Assembly: GCF_009914755.1 (NCBI RefSeq)
Contig: NC_060925.1
From: the human T2T-CHM13v2.0 reference genome, Homo sapiens
Reading direction: 5' to 3' (one strand)
Length of the DNA stretch: 64,000 nucleotides
Shown: piece after piece, positions 10,851-24,633 of the stretch
Layout of the letters: the number at the start of each line of letters is the position of its first letter
Numbering within the stretch: position 1 is the stretch's first letter
The notes under the pieces: model-generated
The model's database searches: none
The model's input: the letters and a program-made list of their open reading frames with translations, nothing else
What the model was told of the DNA's origin: nothing
Made by a program: the position numbers and the translations under genes

Positions 10851-13479
10851 TTTAAAAAGTTAAATCTGTATTATGATAAAAAAAGAAACTCCCTGCATAG
10901 TACAGACCAGTTGCTGTAATCTTACCAAATCATGTGCCATTTCCTCACCTTGGCTTTCAGGTCTTCATGCTCTTGAATATGTGTCCAAATAAGTCTCAAA
11001 AGGATATTCCAAAACTGATGGTTCAAAATGAGGTTGGCCAGCAGCTCTTATTGAAGCATTACCAATTTTCCATGGGTATACGAAAATTAGATAAAAGCAT
11101 AAATCATAAAAACTAAGACAGACTGAAAGCAAGATGCCAAGTCCCTAGGGGAATGTACACTAAGTGGACTGAAAGGTACACTCAGACTTTAATTATGATC
11201 CCAGGAAATTCTACATGTCAGCATTAAAAGCTATTTTGAACACCATAAAACTTAGAATGCTATATTCCAGAAGAACAAAGAGGGATTACATAGCCTTATT
11301 CAATAAAAACAATGGGTTAATGTAGAAGGAATCAAGAATACCGTTGGCATTTAGGTGTTAAATTTTCTTGCGACGTGAAAACATACCTCGCTTATCATGA
11401 ATTCTTATGGAAAAAAGCAAAAGCACCTTCCAAATTAGATTTCTTTCATCATGGGAGATTATTAAAAATTTGCTATTTTGTATTTTAGCAACATCAATCT
11501 AATTTTTAACATTGTTTAACGTCTATTATTCCAAACAAATACGTCTTATAACACCCTTCATTTGGCTTTGTAACATGTATTAAAATGTTTGTACCATGTG
11601 TCAGTTGGTACTTTCAGGTAAATATTCACAAGGAAAAAGGGAAAAGAAACAGTTGAATACATGATGACCAATGTAGCCATGAGTAGGAAATTTAAAAATA
11701 AAACAGCTAAATTTACTGAGTTTATTTAATTGAATTTGAAACTTTTTAGAGCCATCTCCTTGAAAATACCCCAAAAAAGAAAAGTTTTAATTGGATGACT
11801 CTAAAATAATCTAAGAGCATGGGAATAAGTTTTACATCTATGTTACTTACTTTTTAAATTAAGGTTAAGACTGAGTGACAGTTTATTGAATTTTAGAAAT
11901 ATCTTTCTTTTGAAAATATTTCCAGACATTCAACAAGTCCAGAATGTGACAGGATTTATCTTTCCTCGATTTAGATATCTGATTTGACTAATGAGGCAAA
12001 GCTTTTCGTTTGGAAGTGTTTTCATTTTGGATTTATTTTGGCTTAAAATTCCTTCAGATCAAAGAAATGACATAAGCACCCACCTTGACATAACTATCCC
12101 TTTCCTCTCATCTTGTACCCAGCATTTTGTTGTTTGCTCATTTCTTGGGCAACCATGGTCACTAAGTATACTCATCAACTATTAAACTCTTATGTAATTT
12201 ATTTAAACATCCTGATTCCTGATTCTTGTTCAAATAGCATCATGAACAGAAGATATAGTTTCCCCTTTCCTTTTCACACCCCTAAAAACAACCATTAAAA
12301 TAATTTGTCTTAAGATCACATCGAACAACAGCCAGGAAAAATAAAAATACAGACATCAAATAGTAAGCACGTTATTTCTAGTTTGATATAAGTTGTATAT
12401 CTCTTGGGAAAGCCATGAAGCCATGTTTCAACTTTCCATGGTGTTTGTGTGTGTGCATTCTAAATTGTTAGGTAACAATAAGCTATAATAATAACATAAT
12501 TGGTAAATAAAGCTATTATTTGGATAATCTTCCCAGTTTTATAGCCCACCTGTTGCTGCATTATTTCAACCCATGTAACTTTTGCATAGTACTACTCTAG
12601 ATACAATTAGATGATTAAAAGAGAAGTAGAGCAGGATTAGAAGAAGAAAAAGGAAATTATAGGGTTTGTTGTAAGCTGCTTGTAGCTAAGTGACCCTCAC
12701 CAAAATTCTGCTGCCAATGCTTTAGCATTTTCTTTAGCATTTTCTCTTTGACTGTGTGAACTGATAGGCAGAAATATTCAATTCCCAGTTCATTGACAGA
12801 CCTTCATTAAAACAGACATAGGAAACAGCAGCCTACAAGAATAATACTCCCATAATGCAAGGTAATGATAGTAATGAAAAGGAGTCATTTAATTGGCATT
12901 GAAAAGAGGTTACATATAGAACACACAAAAGATTCATTATCGAGTTACACAGAGTATTGCAAAATCAAGAAACTGCAATATCAATCATCAAGTATGACAG
13001 TGTAATATTGAACCGCTCCATATATGTGGAAGTGAGTAAAAAACAAATTTTATTTTTCCTCAAAAATGTATGTGTATCCCATTGCTTAAAGCCTGCCTGT
13101 GATTATTGGCTTTTCATTGGAAGACATATAATTCAAAGATGAGAATGTACATTTTATCTCACTATAACTATTTAGCAGTGAGAATGAAACAATGTGGATT
13201 TTACTTGTGTCTCTGGCTTCTATTTGTTCTATATTAGTTTTCCAGTTCTGTTTCCTCATGTAGAGTATGCAAAGGCATGCCATTCTCTAGGATATTTTCT
13301 GGCTATTTTATAGTTGTCTGGTTATCTCATAGCCCAGTGAGGCAGCATCATTGACAAACAGTTCATAAATAGCATGTTTGTTTATCATCAACTGGGATAC
13401 CAGCCATACCTTATAGGATTTGTAATATCAGATTTCTTTTCAAACATTGAGTATTCTTCTCCATAAGGCTACTTTGGTG

Positions 13480-13870
13480 GTATGTGAAAAGATCATTGGA
13501 CTCAGACTGACACCTGGGACTCAAATATTTGCTGTATCTTAAAAAGAACATTATATTTTTGTGTAAATTTTGTCTTTACTTTTCTCATCTATAAAGTAAA
13601 AGTACCCCTCGGTTCCTTTCTAAATGTAGCATCCTGTAATGTTATGTGGCAAATCTGTATGTAAATCATATGAGTTGTTTTATGAAGAGGGGGTGGTGTA
13701 AAAAAGGATAAAGGCATATAGGAAAAGAAACGTGTAATTATGATGATAAATGACCTTGTTTCTAGTCATGACCCAGTACTGTCATAACTACAGTAATGTT
13801 AGCAAGTGTTTTAAACTCTCTAGTCATTGGTTCCTTCAACTGTAAAATGTGAGAGTGCTCTGGATCAGAA
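13480..13870 (+). mobile_element. Two MIR/MIR3 fragments
   Basis: MIR core remnants tttctcatctataaagt and ttccttcaactgtaaaatg. Confidence 0.55.
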
Positions 13871-14029
13871 GTTTTCAACAGGTCTTCTCAGGGACCTAAA
13901 GACCATGCCAGTTGCAAGTGAAAAAGGGTGAAACCTTCCTTTATTCCATGTCTTCCATTCTTTTTCCAGGTCCACGATGTTTTGTTCATGAAGTAATTGC
14001 TAAAATTTTACTAACCTCTTCACCTCAAA

Positions 14030-14185
14030 AGTCTCCCTAATAAGTCCTCTTATATACTAATTGGTATGTTTTTCCACCCACCATGTATATGGATGTAAAA
14101 ACTGTTGTCTAAACATATCAAATTTTTACCTAAGGTAACATTGCTAGGTTGACAGCAGAGTAGAAACCAGAACCCACTTCACTTA
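14030..14185 (-). mobile_element. MIR fragment
   Basis: Degenerate atggatgtaaaaactg...cctaaggtaaca...gcagagtagaaaccagaaccca. Confidence 0.5.
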
Positions 14186-15319
14186 TCATTTTTTCACCAC
14201 AAGTTGTTAATGAGGAGTAAATAATCATCGCATCAATATGTTACAGCATATCTACATGGTGGTATGACACATGACACAGTAGCGTTATACCATTAAGTAA
14301 TTCAGAAATTTATATGGTCTTAAATTCCTATAAGCATAGGTAAACATCGGACTCATAGAGTTTTAAAACTAGAAGGGAATAGATATCATCTAATTTAATT
14401 ACACATGTTAAATAAATATTCTCTTTGTATTTCTAATGAATAATCACCCCTGTCTATAATTTTAAAAAATTCTGGTGTTGTTTAGGACATATTCTCTTAG
14501 TTTTTGCAGTTGGCTGTGGCCATGTGCCAATTTCATGGATCCCAATTCTTTCCTGAGAGTCCCAACTACTGCCATGAAAATACTCTGTAATGAATAAGTT
14601 ACTTTTACCTAGTAGAGGCCATGATCACATAAGCCTGGATTAGTAAGGATTCTTGTGCCTTTATTGATAAATCCTTTTGGATAGCTTAGGGAAAATAGAC
14701 TGTGAAATTGTTAGTTTAGATCATGAAGATGACTTCTCAAAGAGAACAACTGTGAATTGTGGCCAAGTCTCCCAAACTGGTTTTGTTCAGTTCTGAAACT
14801 TGCAACACACCAGAAATTTTAGGGTTTGGAAATTAGGAGATCAAGAGTTTGAATGAAGAAGTGGTAAACAGTAAGTGCAGGACTATTAGATAGTAAGAAC
14901 ATTGAATTAAAGCGCTCAGAGAAATAGATATGGGAAGAGCCTTGGACTTAGTGGTAACGTCTTAAATCTACACTCTAACCCAAGATAGAGTATGATGAGC
15001 ATCTTGGGAGATGGCACAGAGACAGTAAAAGTCTGGCTGTACAAGGTAGAGTTTCTTTCCTCTGACCCTGGCTCCTATGTTAATCCCGACATCGCCAATG
15101 AACTTTAGTCCTATAGCATGCTTACAGTTATCTTGAGACAGAAAAGTGGTTGAAGATGGAAGGAACAGTCATACAGATGGGGGCTTGCCTAGTAAATGTG
15201 GACATGAAAGGGCCTCTCAGTATTCCTGTCAAGGGGGCTTGGGAAGTGTGACTAAGGACAAATGTTCTTTAAATTTCTATGTTAATTCATAGGAGGCAAT
15301 AAATCTCAATATTCAATCA

Positions 15320-15545
15320 CAAAGAATTTAGACTTTGAACGGTTCCTGTCTCTATCCATCAGAAGCTATGGATTCTAGGTCAAGTTACTTAACTTTTCTG
15401 AACCTTAATATCCCAAATATAGAATGGGACAAATAGAGTGCCTACCTCATAGGGTTGTTGTCAGGATCAAATAAGATAATCCCCATAAAGCAGTTAGAAC
15501 TGGGCCTGGGAGGCAGTAAGAGCTCAATAAATGCCATCATTTTAT
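15320..15545 (+). mobile_element. MIR
   Basis: caagttacttaac...cctacctcatagggttgttgtcaggatcaaataagataat...agtaagagctcaataaatg. Confidence 0.85.
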
Positions 15546-15844
15546 ATAGAAATTGTGTACCAATGCCTCCACCTTCTATCCAACGTTTGTTTGGAGAAGG
15601 CTCTCTGGGCTTAGGTTACCTGGCTGTAGGTCTGTGTTGCCAGTAGTCTTACGAATATAGTAGTTCATTCATATTATTTTAGTATTGTAATAGTTTCCTT
15701 ATAAGGTGCTATTCTTCTAGAAATTAAGAATGCATTATAAATTCCTTCTAAAGACATTGCAACTATGGCTGTGTGGCAACTGCAGAATTAGACCCACATT
15801 GTTCTCAAACACTAAAAGCAAATTAAGAGGCTGTACTATTAAAA

Positions 15845-16000
15845 GCAATACTTATTCAGCTCCTTTCCTCTTTAAAGCACTTTGTAAACATGAACTAATT
15901 AATCCTCACACTCTTATGAGGTAGGTAAATAATTGTTAGCCCCCAGTTTGAGGAAACCAAGGTTAAGGTTAAGAGGTTTGCTTGCTCAGGGTAATAGAGT
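15845..16000 (-). mobile_element. MIR
   Basis: aatcctcacactcttatgaggtaggt...gaggaaaccaagg...gctcagggt. Confidence 0.75.
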
Positions 16001-16203
16001 GTGGCAATATTTAAGTCCCAAATTAAAGGGTTTTAATTTATATTAATTTATTTTGGACACTGTATTGAATTCTAATAATAATTTATTATACTGTATTACC
16101 TTACACTATTTCTGTCCACATAGCAGATAGAAAAATGCAATTCTTTCCTGAGTGAATAAAAATTGGTAGAAGAAACACCAGAACTGCTGGTATCCATAGC
16201 TTC

Positions 16204-16587
16204 TGTAGGGTTCCCCAGTTTCCTTGCTTTCTTTCTGTGTCCTGCCTGTAAAATCACTGATTGCCTTAACTGCTCTGTAACCCAGTCAACTACAGGTTTT
16301 TCCCAGCAGGCTTGAATCCAAACCAAGGCCTTGAACATTCCCAGGCACTAGGTTGTTGCCCAAAACACTGAAATAAACTGGCCCTGGCTCTGAGCCAAAT
16401 TTCTTAAACTCATATAAACTCCTTACCCTTACCTGTTCACTGCAAACACACTTAGGCAGAACATCCCTTTTCACTTGTTGTCCATGGCAAGGATGTGAGT
16501 GCAGCACCTCTGTGAGCATCCTTAATAAATGCTTTGCACTGGTGAATTTGCTCATGTCTAACTTTGGTGTCCACCAAAGAAAAACCA
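16204..16587 (+). mobile_element. Solo ERVL LTR, LTR47-like
   Basis: TG...CA ends; cccagcaggcttgaatccaaaccaaggccttgaacattcccaggcact; TATA-like catataaa at about 16411 and aataaa at about 16524. Confidence 0.7.
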
Positions 16588-17086
16588 TTGCTGTTTGCCT
16601 GTACTTGTGCTTTCTAGTCTTCTTATCCTTTCTTCTCTCTAATCTCATATCAGATTCTCTGTGCCTTCCTGTAATCTAACTTTAGGCAAACTTCTGGGAG
16701 CATGGATATATATTGGATAAAAGTTTAGTAAGAAAGGTTTGTAGGTGTAAAGAAATTTTTTCAGCAGAAATTTTGTACATAGAATACATATATTTAACAC
16801 TTTACACTACCTCTCCATGAAGCCAACTCTGTTTTACTTATTTTATCTGGTTACTTAACTAAAGAAATAATGCAAATTATTATTTTAAACATTGGATACA
16901 CGTGATATGACATTTTTTGTTGCTCTATGACTATTTGAATTCAAAGCTGGGGAGAAAATTGTTTTAAGTCTTGTGAGGCTGTGTTACTCCAATAGTCACC
17001 CCAAGTCCTAACTAATTCTTAGGATATATAAGTGCATAAAGAAGAAGAACAGGGGAAACTTTCAGAGCCATAATTTTTTTTTGTCT

Positions 17087-18141
17087 TGTGGGGAATACTA
17101 AGCCAAATAAAGAGAGCTCAAAGATAATTCTTTATAGGAACATGTTGATTACAAGAAGTCTACATTATCAGTCCCTAAAAAATGCTGTTTAGATATAAAA
17201 AGGCTGTTTATATCAGTCCCTAAAAAATGGTGTAATTATGTAGCAGTCTCTCTTATCTCCTTTGATACTTATATTAATAGTAATAGAAGAAAATTGGAGA
17301 AAATCTGGGAGTAGAGGGAGCACACAGTAGAACAGCCTGCATTCCCACAGTTTGGCATGAAATGGATGCATACGTTTCATATGAGCCAAGCAGATGCCAT
17401 GCAGCATAGTCAGACTTTAGCTATCCTGTTAATACTTCATCCATGAAAAGGGATCCTAGCAGGAAGACGGTTTGGGGTGAATTGGCAAAGGTGGGATCTC
17501 AAAGGGGTGAAAAATTGAGACATTCTACAGGAACCTGTACAATGAAGAGATCCATGAAATGCATCCTAAAGAGCAAATTCATGCACCTTACAGGGTTTGG
17601 ATGCCTACTATCAAGAGGCCGGGTGATGTTAGAGCAGTAGCAGAATCAATCAAGGACAAAAATAGCTCCAATTAAGTAAATCCCAAAGCACCAGAGAGGA
17701 GAAAATCTTAGAAAAAGGAAATGAAAAAAATAAAATCATAGCCCACTTCTTATCATAACTGAGGAAAGGCATAGAAGTTCCTACCAATTACTGTGTTTCA
17801 GTGGTCCACAAGAGGACCCAGTCTCAAGAGATTTGTATAACAGTGCGACTTCCCCCTTGCTGAGGAGCTCAGCAAATGTTCTTTACTGAAGACTTGCTTA
17901 ATAACTTACTACGTCAAGATGCTCAAGCTGAAGTTTGAGGAGGGCTGAGAAATGGGAAGAAATAATCACTATCTTGGAAATAATATTGGAGTTTCCAAAC
18001 AGAGTGAAGTAGACAGGACTGAAAATAAATGGAAAATTATGAGATTTGCCTGAGACATCATGGCTGAAAGTAGTAATAGGAGAAAAATTATTTCATATTT
18101 ATGCATCCACTGAATTCAGGCTATTCAATGAAGTGGTTAGA
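17087..18141 (+). mobile_element. Possible ancient LTR (LTR78/79-like)
   Basis: Starts tgtggggaa. The 3' end ccactgaattcaggctattcaatgaagtggttaga resembles the recalled end of this class. Very diverged. Confidence 0.35.
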
Positions 18142-20409
18142 ATAGTATTCAGTAATTATTGAACAAAATTATTAACCATCTTAAATATTTAATTCTCTAA
18201 CATTTTAGTTGAAGAGTAAGCAACATATAATGTTACCTCTGAAAAATAATAATCTATTTCAGGTTCTTGATGACAACTGGCATGATGCCTTTTCTTATAA
18301 TGATCCCTCATGACAATTGTTTTTGGTAATATCTGTTGTCTTAGGTGTTCTGCCAGTAGTAAACATCTAATTGACTAAAAATAAGTAAATAAATAAACAA
18401 ACAGATAGTCATGTAATTTAAGATTACAATGACATAAATATATATGGCTGTTTGGTAAATTGTGAGCTACTTTTTTTCAGGAGCCAATAAAAGTGTGCTC
18501 TTGAGTAACCCGCAACCCAATAAGACTGCTTTAAAAGTCTCTCATGCTGTCCCTGTTGGTATGCTTTCAATCTTCTGTCCTAAAGATTTCAAGGACTCAA
18601 GAAAATAAAATATAATACTGTGTCACATAGAGTTCTCGAAGCCATTGAGTCTGAAAGACAGTTTGTCATTGGTGCTCAGGATAAGATGATGATATGTCTA
18701 GTGCCTCTGACCTGATAATAGTTTTATAATCAGTGATATAGCTGTTTGCTCTGCTAAGTCAAAAATCTGTCTAAAATATCTGTATAATGTTTTTGTTTGT
18801 TTTTTGCTCATTTTGAAATTGCCATCACATTTATCAGATATTTGCTCCATAGTAAAAAGAAAGGACTCCAGCAATGTAGTTAGCTCTCAAAAGGCGCAAT
18901 AAAATCTCTTCACAACCACTGTGCTGACCTTACAGTGTCAGGAATACCAAAGGGGGAGAGATTTTGATGAAAATAGCAGTGATGGCTCTTGAATAAATTT
19001 AAAAATTATGAGATATGGACAAGAACAAGCCTTTCCAGTAATCAAGCACATGCCTTATTATTTCTTAGCCCCAGAGTGATACAAGTTCAATGTATTCAAT
19101 TTTAGAAATATAATTGCAGCAAATTCAAGAAAATACGTATTTTACTAAGCAATAAATAGAGCCATTTCTTTTTCTTTCTCTGAATGATAAAAGGATCAGT
19201 GCTAGAAAACAGCTGCAACTCCAAAAAGATAAGCTTAGCATCTCAGAATACACGGTTTGGATTTTTCTAAGTGGTCTAAAGGAATAGCCAGTTCCATTTC
19301 TCTACCCCCAGGAAAAGGATGCGAATGAAGGGTCCTTTCAGACAGCTGCAAATGTGAATGATTAAAGTGGCTCAGACAATGGAAGAACGAAACCTGCGTT
19401 TGCAGATGTCACCTTCAAAATAGTGTGGAGTTGACAGCATTGTTTTTATCTGCTCCTAGCACCTAAGAACAAGCAAATTGATTTTAAAATGAGGAACCAA
19501 TATGTTCATTTTCATGAAAAATACCAGCCAAGTCTGGACTCTGTATTTTTGTTGCTTATCCAGAGGCTGATGCACAGCAACAGTATTATTTTCTATAACC
19601 ATAGAGTTGATTTTATCTTTTGCAGTCAATTGAATGCAAAGATATGTAAACAAAGAGATTTTGATTCTCATGTAATTTCATAAGGTTTTAGTATCTTTCC
19701 AAGATTTTTTGTTTAAATGCACTTTTCTGATCTTCAAATTTATTTGGAATATTTTTCTTTTTAGATTTCTGCATGTCTACTATGCCAACGGCCGCCCTTA
19801 CTAATGAATGAGTAGGGATCCTCTGATTTTACAAATTTTAATTCTCACTGTTTCTAGGACAAACAGAGGTATTTTGTGGGGTGGAGGGTGAGATAGCTGT
19901 AGCAGAAGGTATTTTCACCTTGCTTCTTAAGGTATAGGCAAGACTGTCTGGAACTACGTTTTCTGTGAATTCCTCATGTTTCATTATCTTACTTCAGTTC
20001 TATTTCTGTTAGTCTCTGTTTTATATCCTACAGCTGGTTTTGTTATCTCCAGGCCCACATCACATCAAAATAGCATTCAACACAGGCAACTGTATGTAAC
20101 ACAGTTTTAATGGAAACTAAGGTGTAATAGGTATATGGCACCAATTAGAACAGAAAGTTGAAAATTAAACATTAAATCTTTCAATTTTTCAAAAGACCCC
20201 AGGTTTTTCCATCAGCTTGATTCCAGCATTCTATAATGTCTCTCCGTCCTCACTTTCTCCCCTCTTCTCTGCTCTTCTTCACCTTTCTTCCAAATTCTTG
20301 TTTATTCCTTATGCAGAGGTGTTCGGCTGTTTGTTCTTGGCCTTTCTCCAGAACACTCTGAAGTTCTCACCTTATCTTTCTAAGAAGATGAATAGATATT
20401 GTCGTGGGA

Positions 20410-20714
20410 TTTTTTTTTTTTCTTTTTTTTTTGAGACAAAGTCTCACTCCATTACCCAGGCTGGAGTGAAGTGATGTAATCTTGGTTCACTGCAACCTCT
20501 GCCCCAAGACTCAAGCAATCCTTCCACCTCAGCCTCCCAAGTAGCTGGGAACACAGGCATGTGCCACCACACCAAGTTAATTTTTGTACTTTTTGGAGAG
20601 ATAAGGTTCTGCCATGTTGACCCAGCTAGTCTCGAACTCCTGAGTTCCAGTGACCTGCCCACCTCAGGCCTCCCAGAGTTCTGGGATTACAGGTGGCAGC
20701 CATCATGCAAGGCT
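20410..20714 (-). mobile_element. AluJ
   Basis: Poly-T followed by a full, heavily diverged dimer with J-type ctcaagcaatccttccacctcagcc. Confidence 0.93.
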
Positions 20715-20759
20715 GGACTATTGTTAATACAAAAATTTTCCTCATATCACACAACGAAT

Positions 20760-21060
20760 AAGCTCTACCTCATACCATTCTGCTTCACTCTTATTATGGA
20801 TTGGCCTTTTTTTTTTCATCCCTAAATGTCAGCAAACTGATTTGCTTCTTAGAGTCTTTGCAGTTACCATGTCTTCCATTTGATCATTCAACCCTAAATT
20901 ATGTTCATGTCTTACATCATCTTGCCATCTAAATCTCACCTCAAAAATATATTTTGAGAGATCAGTCATTGATACGCTATTTAAGTTACACTCACATCAC
21001 ATACTCATACTTGATTTTTAGGATATAATGCTGTGTTTGTAGCACTTATTCTTACATAAA
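20760..21060 (+). mobile_element. L2 fragment
   Basis: Degenerate L2 3'UTR (cttagagtctttgcagtt...atctcacctcaaaa). Confidence 0.45.
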
Positions 21061-21099
21061 ATTATTTTGGATGTAAGGCAGCAGAAACAATACAGAAAA

Positions 21100-21455
21100 G
21101 GTTCCAATGTTACCACCACTACTAAAGTACTCCAAAGTCTCTGCTGTAGCACATGTGGCATCATCATGTCACCACCACGTGTTTCCATGTGTGAAACCCA
21201 ACCACTCCTTCATACCCACATCAGACACTCCAGACCCAAATTCCTGTATGGGATTTCAGATTATCTTGGCTTTAGATCACGGGCCTTCACCTTGGCTGCC
21301 GTGAGAAAATTCTCACTGGGTATCCCTTCTTCATTTTCAGTAGATGATAGCAGAGTACTATAACTCAATAACAAGCTGTACAGTAAGGGACTTCTCCCAC
21401 AAAATAGCAATGATATTTAGATGCTGAGAAGCCAAAAAATGATCAAATATCAAGA
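21100..21455 (-). mobile_element. Old MLT1-type MaLR LTR fragment
   Basis: gattatcttggctttagatcacggg and the end gatgctgagaagccaaaaaatgatcaaatatc. Confidence 0.45.
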
Positions 21456-22477
21456 GGGGATATTGTAAGCAATATGCAATGTAAAACAACATTCCTAAAA
21501 TGCAAATAACTAATATACATATATATGTAATATATATACAGTATATTGCTTTGTCCCTGAAGTTTCCTCTGGAAATAGTGAAGTTAGCATAGCAAATTTT
21601 CTTTTAATGCCTATTACATTATTAGAGGTGGAATAAGCAAAAAATAAAGCTAATTGTCCATATTTCTCTGCTAAAAATACTTAAGTGACTTCTGTCCTCA
21701 TAGAATTATTACCTTTGGACACAGAATTAATTTCCTACATATAAAATTTAAAAGTAGAGGGCATTCTTCTTATTTTTTTAAAAAATTTGCCTTTTCTGTA
21801 CCATCAAACAGAGAAAAATGGAACAAAGTCACTTTTAGAGTTTCAGGACAGTTTTTAGATGAAATTAGGCAAAGCTCTTTCAAAATCTAAATTACAAAAT
21901 CTACCAGCTCATATACATTATACACTGATGAAATTTGAATTTGTGGATCAGAGCTATGCAAAAATGTTTAGTTCCTGATAAGTTTGCTGCAGTTACCTAT
22001 TATGGAAATTCCACCTGAATAGTTCATTTGTATTCACAGAAGTTATAGAAGGAAAGAACTACACAATTACTAGGTCATTTAATCTGTTCCCTAAGCAAGA
22101 GAAGGCTATTCCCTACACTGTGTTTTCCAGAATTTTGTGATGAGTATGTGATTGGGCCTAATTCTTGCCATTTTTCTGCAAATCTCTAAAGTTGTTTCTC
22201 ATTCTTAAGCTTTGGAAAGATGAAAGAAATGTTTAAGCATGCACAAAGGAAATGATTCTCATTTGAGTCTCCTTGGTTTGTGATTTAATATATCTATGCT
22301 GTCTAAAGTTAGATTATATGTATTTGAACAAAGATATCTGGTGTGTTATTATTATACCTAGTTAAAGCTACCATTCTCTGTACTACAAAAGGAGGAGAAA
22401 GTGACTTCATTATTAGAAGTCCATTTTACTTATGTTGTAAAACCAGTTAACATTTATCTATTCAGAATATTTTGTAA

Positions 22478-22788
<311 letters not shown>

Positions 22789-22804
22789 ATAGTTGTTAAT
22801 ACTG

Positions 22805-22965
22805 ATAATATATTTAATCCTCACAACAAACCTAAAAGTTTGGTGTTTCTCTTACCATTTTAGAACAAAAAAAGTTAAAAGTCAAATTATGTATTTAAGA
22901 TTATACCACTAGAAAGTGGCAGAACTGAAATTCGGACCCAGCCTCATTGTTTTCAGAGCCCATGT
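22805..22965 (-). mobile_element. MIR
   Basis: tttaatcctcacaacaaacct...ccattttaga...agaaagtggcagaactgaaattcggaccca. Confidence 0.7.
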
Positions 22966-23519
22966 AACAGTCTATTAAATTGATTTATTTTCAATAATAT
23001 AATAAACATCTGGTATCTGGAGTTTCCATTCAGTTGGTGCCAAATCTATAGGTCTTTCTTTAGAATTTTCTAGCTCATTAAAAGAGTGTCAAATTTATCA
23101 GACAGTAGGGAAATCATAAAGGTAATAAAAAATAAGCAGCTCCTCATTTTTGTGTTACAGACTCTGTAAACCATCAGTGTATTCCTGAGGATTCCTACAG
23201 CAGAACCTCCTATAGTTTTTTGAACCACATAGAAGTTAAAAGTGACCTTACCATGTGTTGTATAAAGTCTAATCGTTTCATAAATAGCTTCCACCTTACC
23301 AACCAACCTAGTAGTACTTCTTGAACAATCCTTTATACTAGGCAATATGACCATGTCTCAGCCCATTTTTTTTTTGGTCAAGTATTAAGGAAAAGAGTGA
23401 AGAAAAGGTGAGGAATAAGGGCAACAGTTCCACAAACATCTCTTTGTGAAAAATCCACAGCCAGACTTTCTAATAATGACTTTAAGTATTTAGGTCATGT
23501 AAGGGGAGATTCTGAGTAT

Positions 23520-24633
23520 ATATACCTAGATGCCAAATAGGTATCTCGAAATAAATATATCCAGAAATTTCTGATGACACTCCTTCTCCCCGCCCCAAAC
23601 TTCCATCTTTGACTTTGCTCCATTTTAGTTGATGGCTACTCCATCCTCCCAGTTGCTCTGGACAAAATCCTTTGGTATACCTGGAACTATTCTCTTTTCT
23701 CCCATACCTTACCTCCAGTCTGTTGTAAGCTCTGGAGTGTGTACCTTTAAAATATACAAAGTTGCTTCAAAGTAACTCAAGAATTGGGAAGGAGGTTGAA
23801 AGTCGATGGGGTATAGATAAACAAGTTTATGTATGACTTGATAATTGAGCTGAGTGACAGCTACATGGGAGTACTTCCACTTAACTTTTTACTATCTGAT
23901 TTTTTGATAATGTATACGTATATAGAAGTGTATGCATATTTCTCTTTCAGAGAGACAGAAACAGAGATATAGTAAGAAACAGAGATAGTTCAATCTGAAT
24001 CACCAATAGCATTTTGGGGACTAATTGCAACAGCCACCTATGTAGTCCCTTTGTTCCCTAAAGTTTATTTTAAATAAAACAGTCAGAGTAATATTTTTAA
24101 ATGTAATTTTCTGCTGAAAAGCCTGCAACTGCTCCTCATTTTACTCAAAGTGAAAGTCAAAGTCTTTACCATGCTCTTGTTCTTGTCTTTCTCACACATT
24201 CCTTTCCCCTTTCCCATCCTACTTCAGCCATACTAGCCTGCTTGCTCTTGCTTGCTCATAACGGCTCCTTACTTAGAGCCCTTGATTGACAGTTCTTTGC
24301 CCCAGAGAAGCTTAGCCTGTGTATCCTCAAGTCTCTCTCCTTTGCTTCGTCCAATGAGATCTACCTAAATCAGCATACTGCATGCCACTTCTACCTCTGA
24401 CACCTTCAATCCCCGTTACCCTGCTCTATATTTTCTCTTTGCCATAGCAATAGCCATATTGTAACTTAATATATGTAATGATGTAGTTATATAGTATATA
24501 TTTATGTTTATAGCTTTTCTCCCCCCTTCTAGAGTATAACTTCTATGAAGACAGAAACCTTTGGATCATCCTTGTACCCTAAGTACAAGGATGCACTTGA
24601 TAATTTTTGTCAAATGAAAAGCTAAATGAATGA
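23520..24633 (+). mobile_element. L2 3' portion, interrupted by a short old L1 fragment at about 23755-23910
   Basis: ccatcctcccagttgctctggacaaaatcc, aaagtcaaagtctttacc and the tail gtcaaatgaaaagctaaatgaatga. Confidence 0.75.

Noticed and set aside
12720-12745. 12-bp tandem duplication ctttagcatttt (similar one at about 26521-26546)
   Set aside because: Common slippage-scale duplication with no further structure.
17166-17229. Repeat-spacer-repeat resembling a CRISPR unit
   Set aside because: Only two 19-bp copies in primate DNA with no cas genes.
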